Below, in pieces: positions 57,759 through 64,000 of a stretch of DNA of 64,000 nt. The number at the start of each line of letters is the position of its first letter. Position 1 is the stretch's first letter. Under the pieces are notes generated by a model that was not told the origin of the DNA, ran no database searches, and saw only the letters and a list, made by a program, of their open reading frames with translations. The DNA comes from Eledone cirrhosa (lineage: Eukaryota), in assembly GCA_964016885.1 (NCBI GenBank), contig OZ024743.1, forward strand, positions 155,682,001 to 155,746,000, read 5' to 3'. A program made the position numbers and the translations under genes.

Positions 57759-60700
57759 CTAGCAGATTTACCCGGCGTTTGAAATTATGCTAAGAATATA
57801 CAGCTAGGAAGTAAAAGAAGAACATTATTTGTCTCCAACCTGTCAAAATAAGCAGAAGTCTTCAATAATTAATGTAAACGAATATTTAGTACAATCTTTG
57901 TACACATAAAACTATGATGATAATGAAGGAAAACACTGAACAAGATGTAGTTATACAAATGATTAAAGACAATACACGTTGCAAATCTGTAAAAAAACAC
58001 GCAGTTTTGATAAAGTACAAAAAGTTGTTATGAAAGCAGAGTTGTATACAAACAAAAAAACAATGAGAGTAGAATAAGAGAAGATCTATTCTCTGAGAAC
58101 ATCCTTTGCAGTGTATGGTTAAATTGTTAACTTATAATCCAAAATATCCTGCATGACATATTCATTGGTATGTTTTGTAATGAGTAAAGTAAGTCAAAGC
58201 AGAGCTGTAATCAGTTTTTTTGTTAACACTAAAGCACTTCCGGATAGGCGATATACTTTGTTCTTCTTTTAGGAACAAACGCAAAGAGATTATCTCGACT
58301 GCCAACTCGTGAGCAGGCAACGTAGAATAGTCCGTGCGAAAAGCTAGGTTCATCCGAGTGAAATCCCGGCGACGGGCAGAGTTTGATCTTGCGACTTGTT
58401 TATGGACGTCGTAAAGGCAACACGAAGAGGAAATTGGTTTCGGGGAAAGTAGAAGTGAGTATCCACGCCTGATGTAGTCAGGCTAATTTTTGTAATAACA
58501 CATCCTCGCCGTTTCCACATCTTGATAGAATGTTAGCGTCAATACTAAGTGGAGATAGTTGTTTTAACCACAAGGCGTGTACTTTTGAAGGAGTGATATT
58601 TCTCAGCAAAATAACTGGTGTTCCCTCTTTCAGAACCAATGTATTAGGAGGTAAACCAGGAGGATTTAAAGAATTTAGAATTTCAACTGGATAATTGACC
58701 GCATCCTGTGGATCACATACAGTATCAATAGATTTATATATCCGTGGGCATCCAGGAAGAAGCTGAAGAAGCTGATCGTTAATACAGCTAACCGTGATAT
58801 TTTTGGATGCAAGAATGGCTCTTTCGCATAGCCAATCAAGATCCGTATAATTATCACGAATGTTCGGGAATACACTCGCCTTCAGATCATCGACAGTTTC
58901 AACTACAATGCAGATGTGATCAATTGCTATGTGTCCATCTGTATCTGGAGGTAGGTTACCATCTCCTATTGTAAGAATGTCTCCAGGAAATCTTGATGAC
59001 AGAGGGTCCCCATTCAACCTTGCACGCATGTTGGTAATTAGTCTTAATGATGTGACTTGGCGCCACAATGGTGAAGACTTTAGACATGCATTTACCGCAT
59101 CTGCTCTTGTTCCTTTCGGTATTGTAGGAAGAGTCTGTCTGAAGTGTCCTGATAGCAGAAGGGTGACACTCGCCATAACATCACTGCATTCCCGTATGTC
59201 TTGCAAAAACCTGTCTAGTGCCTCAATAGTATATTTGTGCGCCATTGTGCACTCATCCCAAACAATAAGGTGACACCTTCGCAGCAGATAAGCCATTTCG
59301 GAGTCTTTGGCGATATGACAAGTAGGAGTTTCCAATGTTGCTCAATCAAGAGGCAATTTAAAAACTGAATGTGCCATCCTTCCACTAGGGAGCAAAATTG
59401 CTGCGATTCCAGAGAACGCAACTTCTATTGCTATGTCCTTATTCTGTCTAACCTTTGCAAGAGGACATTTAGTAAAGAAAGTGTTTCCTGTCCCCCCTGG
59501 AGCATCGAGGAAAAATATGCCGCCTCTTCTTTGAAATACCAATTCAGTAATGGTTGTATATGCCAGTCGCTGATCAGCTAGAAGTTTTGTCTCATTATCT
59601 GTGACGTAGAGGCCGAGATCATGGATGTCATAAGAAGTTTCCTGTATGATATCTGTGGGAAGTTTGCTTGAGTCTGTGCCATGAGTTTCTGGTAAACCGT
59701 AGTAACGTAAAACCTTTCCTCCAATCAGAGCTAACTTGTCCTCATTATCAATGAGAGCTCTTTTGTATAATTCATTAATAAAACCGACCTATTTCTGGAG
59801 GCAGCAATTGTGCTTGGTGTCTGTAGTCGTCTGTTAGTTAATCCCTATATTTCATCCACAAGGACAGAGGATCAGATAAGTTGCACGAGTGCAAAAGTAC
59901 CGCAAATAAATTTCTTAGGCTGGTAGGTGAATATGAAAGAGCAACTTCCGCCATCGTTGCATCACACTGCGAACCATCTTCCAGCAATCCACACCTCAAA
60001 CATGCATTTGTGTATTTTGGAAGAACTTGTCCGTCTAACGTTCGGAGATCATCAAAGCATGTAGGTCTTCTGACCTCATGTAGTAGCATGCGATGATGGA
60101 AGGACTTCGTGTTGGTTTGGGGGCACAGTATAAACTCTGCCCAAGCACTCGTTGAACTTGATGCCTAGATAAACTTCGACGCACAGTCCTGTTTTTCTTC
60201 GCTTCCATGTACTTTTGTCCCATGTATAGTAAGATGGGACTTGTGGATATAGTAAGGTTTTAGCAAATGGATCTTCTTGATATAGTTTCAACAAAAGCGG
60301 TAAGACTAGTATCCTTTGGTTCTTGTGCTAACTGAGCAGCTGATATATTCGTAAAATATACTCTCTGACCGTTCTCCAGGTGCACTTGAGGTTTTTGAAC
60401 GGCAGGATGCCGTTGATGTATACAAAATCCGAAAATCCGCCAGAACGCTTCATTAGAGTTAATGTATCTTCCAGTTTGGTACTGGGCCACTTCATCTCGG
60501 CTGTTTTCCCTAAGTAATCCAAACGTAGCAGCATCAGAGCCTTTATTAATGTACTTACAAATGTATTTTATAGATTTAATCGAAGTATTCTACGTTTATG
60601 TGTGCATCAAAAATCTTTATAAGGAGTGGATTATATAAAACAACCCATCTGTTGTCAACCTCATGTTTGCCAACCCCTGCTGTGAATCCACCATATTCGG

Positions 60701-61050
60701 GTCTTCTCCGGCGATATAGTGGGTATCCGTCATGACCAGTCTGAGTGTCCTTAAAGAACTGTCGGGGAAATTTCTTTGAGCACCTAGACTTGTCCTTAAC
60801 ACACGGTAGGTTGTTGTGAAAAACCTGTCCACATGGGCCATGCACTATGTGTGCTTTAACTTTTTGTTAAAGGTCTCTGTCAATTGTCGGATCCGGAAAT
60901 TCAGCATAAATGACATTGTCAATTTCATCTGATCTAAGTTTTGTCTTTAAACATATCAGAATGTGGGCATGTGGCAAGCCTCGTGTTTGCCACTCAATTG
61001 TAAGTATGTCACATTGTACTCCCAACATCACTCTGGAAACGCATTGTTGA
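57759..61050 (-). mobile_element. Decayed Helitron (Rep C-terminal part + PIF1-like helicase)
   Basis: IEWQTRGLPHAHIL, HGPCG, DGYPLYRRR, DNRWVVLYNP, LDAPGGTG, IVWDECTM, FRQTLP, LITNMR, ERAILA, TSINKSQ; 3' end AACGCCGGGTAAATCTGCTAG at 57759-57779 (-). Confidence 0.92.
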
Positions 61051-61146
61051 GACAAACTTAGCCAAGCATTGATATCAACCGCTACCCGGAGTACGCTAAC
61101 TGGACTTCACTTAAGTGGACTACCTATAACAATAATCTGTTACCAC

Positions 61147-61177
<31 letters not shown>

Positions 61178-61180
<3 letters not shown>

Positions 61181-61352
61181 CGATGGAAATGTGGTAAGGG
61201 ACCAGATGGACCATATCGCACCATATCGCAGTGGGTAATAGGAACGAGTAGAACCCCGACAGCTGAGCTCAAGCCGTTTCGACGGCTAATTCTGGACTCA
61301 GACAAGAATTAGCCGTAAAACGGCTTGGGCTCAGCCGTCGGGGTCCTACTCG

Positions 61353-61356
<4 letters not shown>
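61178..61356. repeat. Fold-back remnant of the 26653/41758 hammerhead-family terminal repeat
   Basis: GAACGAGTAGAACCCCGAC...GTTTCGACGGCTAATTCT mirrored by AGAATTAGCCGTAAAAC...GTCGGGGTCCTACTCGTTC; between (TA)n tracts. Confidence 0.82.
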
Positions 61357-61400
<44 letters not shown>

Positions 61401-61406
61401 CCCTCA

Positions 61407-61547
61407 TCAGATAAAATACAAAATTGGTTTACAGATAGTGACATATTCAGTTCTATATGAATATGAATATTCACATAGTACTCGCAACATTAAGATCTTA
61501 TCTCAATATGTCACTATCTGTAAACCAATTTTTGTATTTTATCTGAT
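61407..61547. repeat. Short fold-back element (~42-bp arms)
   Basis: ATCAGATAAAATACAAAATTGGTTTACAGATAGTGACATATT mirrored at 61505-61547. Confidence 0.85.
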
Positions 61548-61726
61548 TTGAGCGTACCAAAATATTGGCACCCTTGCAATATGTATAATAACATAAATAT
61601 GGTTTATAAAGATAGCTTCCATTTATCAATATTTTTGATATTATAATCCAGAAGAAATTCTGTTGAATGTTTCTAATCTGTTATGAATTAAATTTCTTTA
61701 ATAATCAACAATTTAAATAACTCATT

Positions 61727-61800
<74 letters not shown>

Positions 61801-61849
61801 GTCTCTACATTAGGCACAAGGCCAGCAATTACCAGTCAGCACTATTTTC

Positions 61850-62275
61850 TGTATCTCTTGCATCGATCGTATCCATTTATCCGGTCCAATAATATTTCAG
61901 TATCCTTTTTATCATTCCAAGTGCGATGATTAACATTAATATTGTATAGGGTTTAAGATGCCATATTTTCACAATTTCAATTATACTTACTCAGTTTTCC
62001 AACAACTTTCGAGATGTTACCATCTGACGGAATGCTCATGTCAATTAAGAAACATGTTTGATCTGTATGGCCCTTCACAATGGTATCAGGTATGTTGGCT
62101 TTCATTGTTCTGTCAGTATTCACAGGGATATCCCACAGGATTGTTGCTTTCTCTCTTTCTGCACATTATAGCGTGTAAGTATTTTACCAATCTATCATGG
62201 CTTGTTTTATATTCCTGGGCAGCTAATATATTGCAACCTGAAACCAGGTGGCTCTATGGAAACTTCTCGCTTGCA
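61850..62275 (-). mobile_element. R4/Dong-like CCHC-REL fragment
   Basis: Minus-strand peptide HLVSGCNILAAQEYKTSHDRLVKYLHAIMC. Confidence 0.65.
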
Positions 62276-62279
62276 ATAA

Positions 62280-63518
62280 ACTACATCACCCAATGGCAGA
62301 CATGAGTCACATCGCTCTCCCTATAGAAAGTGGAGGAAAAGGAATGATCCACCTTGAGCCGAATAATAGAACACAACAAACAACAACTGCATTTGAACAA
62401 TACCTTAAATCTACAGATGGCTGAAGTTTGAAAATGGTTGCAGATCTTGAAGTGAAAAAGAATGTTCATTCAATCACGAAAAAAACTGAGAGATTTTGTG
62501 GAACAATTGGGAATGCATTTTGAAAAGATTGATGATTCTGAAATTAAAACTGCAAAGAACATCAGAATGTTGTCAATAAATGACGGTCAAGGGACATTGT
62601 GCGCCAAATGGGAGCTACATTCACTGTATGGGGCGTATATTTTCCGTTTCGAAGATTCTGATGTATATCGAACACTCACCGGTCAGTGGCTGTAGATATC
62701 TGGGCTAAACGCAATGAGTGATGGTATCATTTTGACTGCTCAACACCAGTGTCTTTCAACGCGCAACTTTCAAAGCGATCTGATAAGAAATGAGACTGAA
62801 CCAAGGTATCGAGTTTGCTATGAGCATTTTGAGACCATTAACCACTTGCTTTAGGCTTTAAATTATAAAATCTGGCATGACAGAATAGGGCAATATTGAT
62901 ACTGGGTAATACTCATGTTTTATGGGGTAAAATCAGGGGAAAAATGGCACAGGCATATCGAGATGACGGTACAGGAGACTGGAGTGTGACAATCGTATGA
63001 GGATTTCTTGTGAACAAGGACAGCACGTTTAAATCCAATAGACAATATTATTATGAAAGACCGAAAAAATGTAACAATTTTTAATTGACATAGTCATTTC
63101 ATCACATCGTAACATCTCATGGAAGATATCCTAAAACTCAGTAACTATTAAGATCTGTAAATTGTAATTGAGAACATATGGCATCTTAAAATCTTTACAA
63201 TGCCAGTGGCAATCAGTGCTCTTAGAAAGATAAAAAGGCAAACAAAAAGATATTTCGACAAAATTTCTGTAAACCCATCTCTCCACGTAATACAGAAAAC
63301 AGCGCTGGCTGGCACAATCCATGTCCTGAGAAGGGCATTATCAATTTATGCAACTTACAAAAAGGTTTACTGCTTTGTTCATTGGTATTATTGGTATTAT
63401 TCGTGTTCCAATTGATTGTTAAAAGCATATATTACCAAACTGTGTATGGGGTGTCACGTTGATATTCGGTAAGATATGGAAAAGAAAGATAATTCAAAGA
63501 CGTTCAACGTAATAATAA
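62280..63518 (+). mobile_element. Old, decayed R4/Dong-like 3' fragment
   Basis: HHPMAD, KWELHSLYG, IILTAQHQCLSTRN, ETINHL, HDRIG, IQKTALAGTIHVLRRALSI; short (TAA)n at 63510. Confidence 0.75.
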
Positions 63519-63650
63519 TGGTTCTTGATTTAGGCATCAGTCTTTACGTCACTGATACTTTAATTAATACAACCCCTAAGAATGAAAGGCAAAGGTAACC
63601 TCAGAGTCAGTTTAACTCAGTACATAAAGGAGTGTAACTATGTGCTGCAA
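63519..63650 (-). mobile_element. Diverged SINE copy
   Basis: AACCCCTAAGAATGAAAGGCAAAGGTAACCTC...TTTAACTCAG. Confidence 0.65.
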
Positions 63651-64000
63651 AGACAGAGGAGGGAGCACAGGTGTGGAGAGCGCCTATTTATTAATCCCAG
63701 CACAGTAATTTTACATATATTTTCAGTGATTCAAATTATGATATGTGTATTTTAATATATGTTCTTCTATTTCTTTTGGTCCCTGTGTTTTTTACATAAA
63801 ATTATGTATATACAGCACGTTTATGTCTGTGTGAGTTACTTTCTCGTGACATGTCATTGGGCAAGGGTTTATGTCCTTAATTATATGCGCCTGTATTCAA
63901 CTGCTAGGACTATCGCCAGTAGTCACTATATAAAAATGTCTCCACAACATTATTTATTCCTTTTGTGAATGTCATAAGCATGATCACTTTACAAGTAATA

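Noticed and set aside
58478-59335. Host PIF1 helicase gene
   Set aside because: Intronless, frameshifted and contiguous with Helitron Rep motifs and a CTAG end

Overview
Repeat-dense, AT-rich animal genomic DNA. A cephalopod or other mollusc is inferred from the SINE family and the (TA)n/(TG)n density. No intact protein-coding gene is visible. 0.2-21.4 kb: nested (TAA)n-associated non-LTR retrotransposons, namely three R4/Dong-like RT+REL elements, two antisense Tx1/L1-clade elements and tRNA-derived SINEs, partly arranged as a duplicated block. 21.4-23 kb: diverged ~320-bp tandem array with an inversion. 25-61 kb: many Penelope-like element (PLE) remnants between (TA)n tracts, including Naiad-type GIY-YIG fragments and one near-complete Neptune-type RT+GIY-YIG element, plus CRE, RTE, hAT and Helitron remnants. 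The main hidden signal is a dense set of type I hammerhead ribozyme motifs: about 7 with near-complete cores plus several decayed or partial ones, from at least 6 sequence families. Several carry a non-canonical U3-A8 core, and many sit in inverted terminal repeats or ORF-less fold-back elements. Also noted: a SINE 3' tail resembling the Tx1 3' end, and scattered decayed exons of a possible YWTD-propeller (LRP-like) gene on the + strand. All alignments and folds were done by eye.
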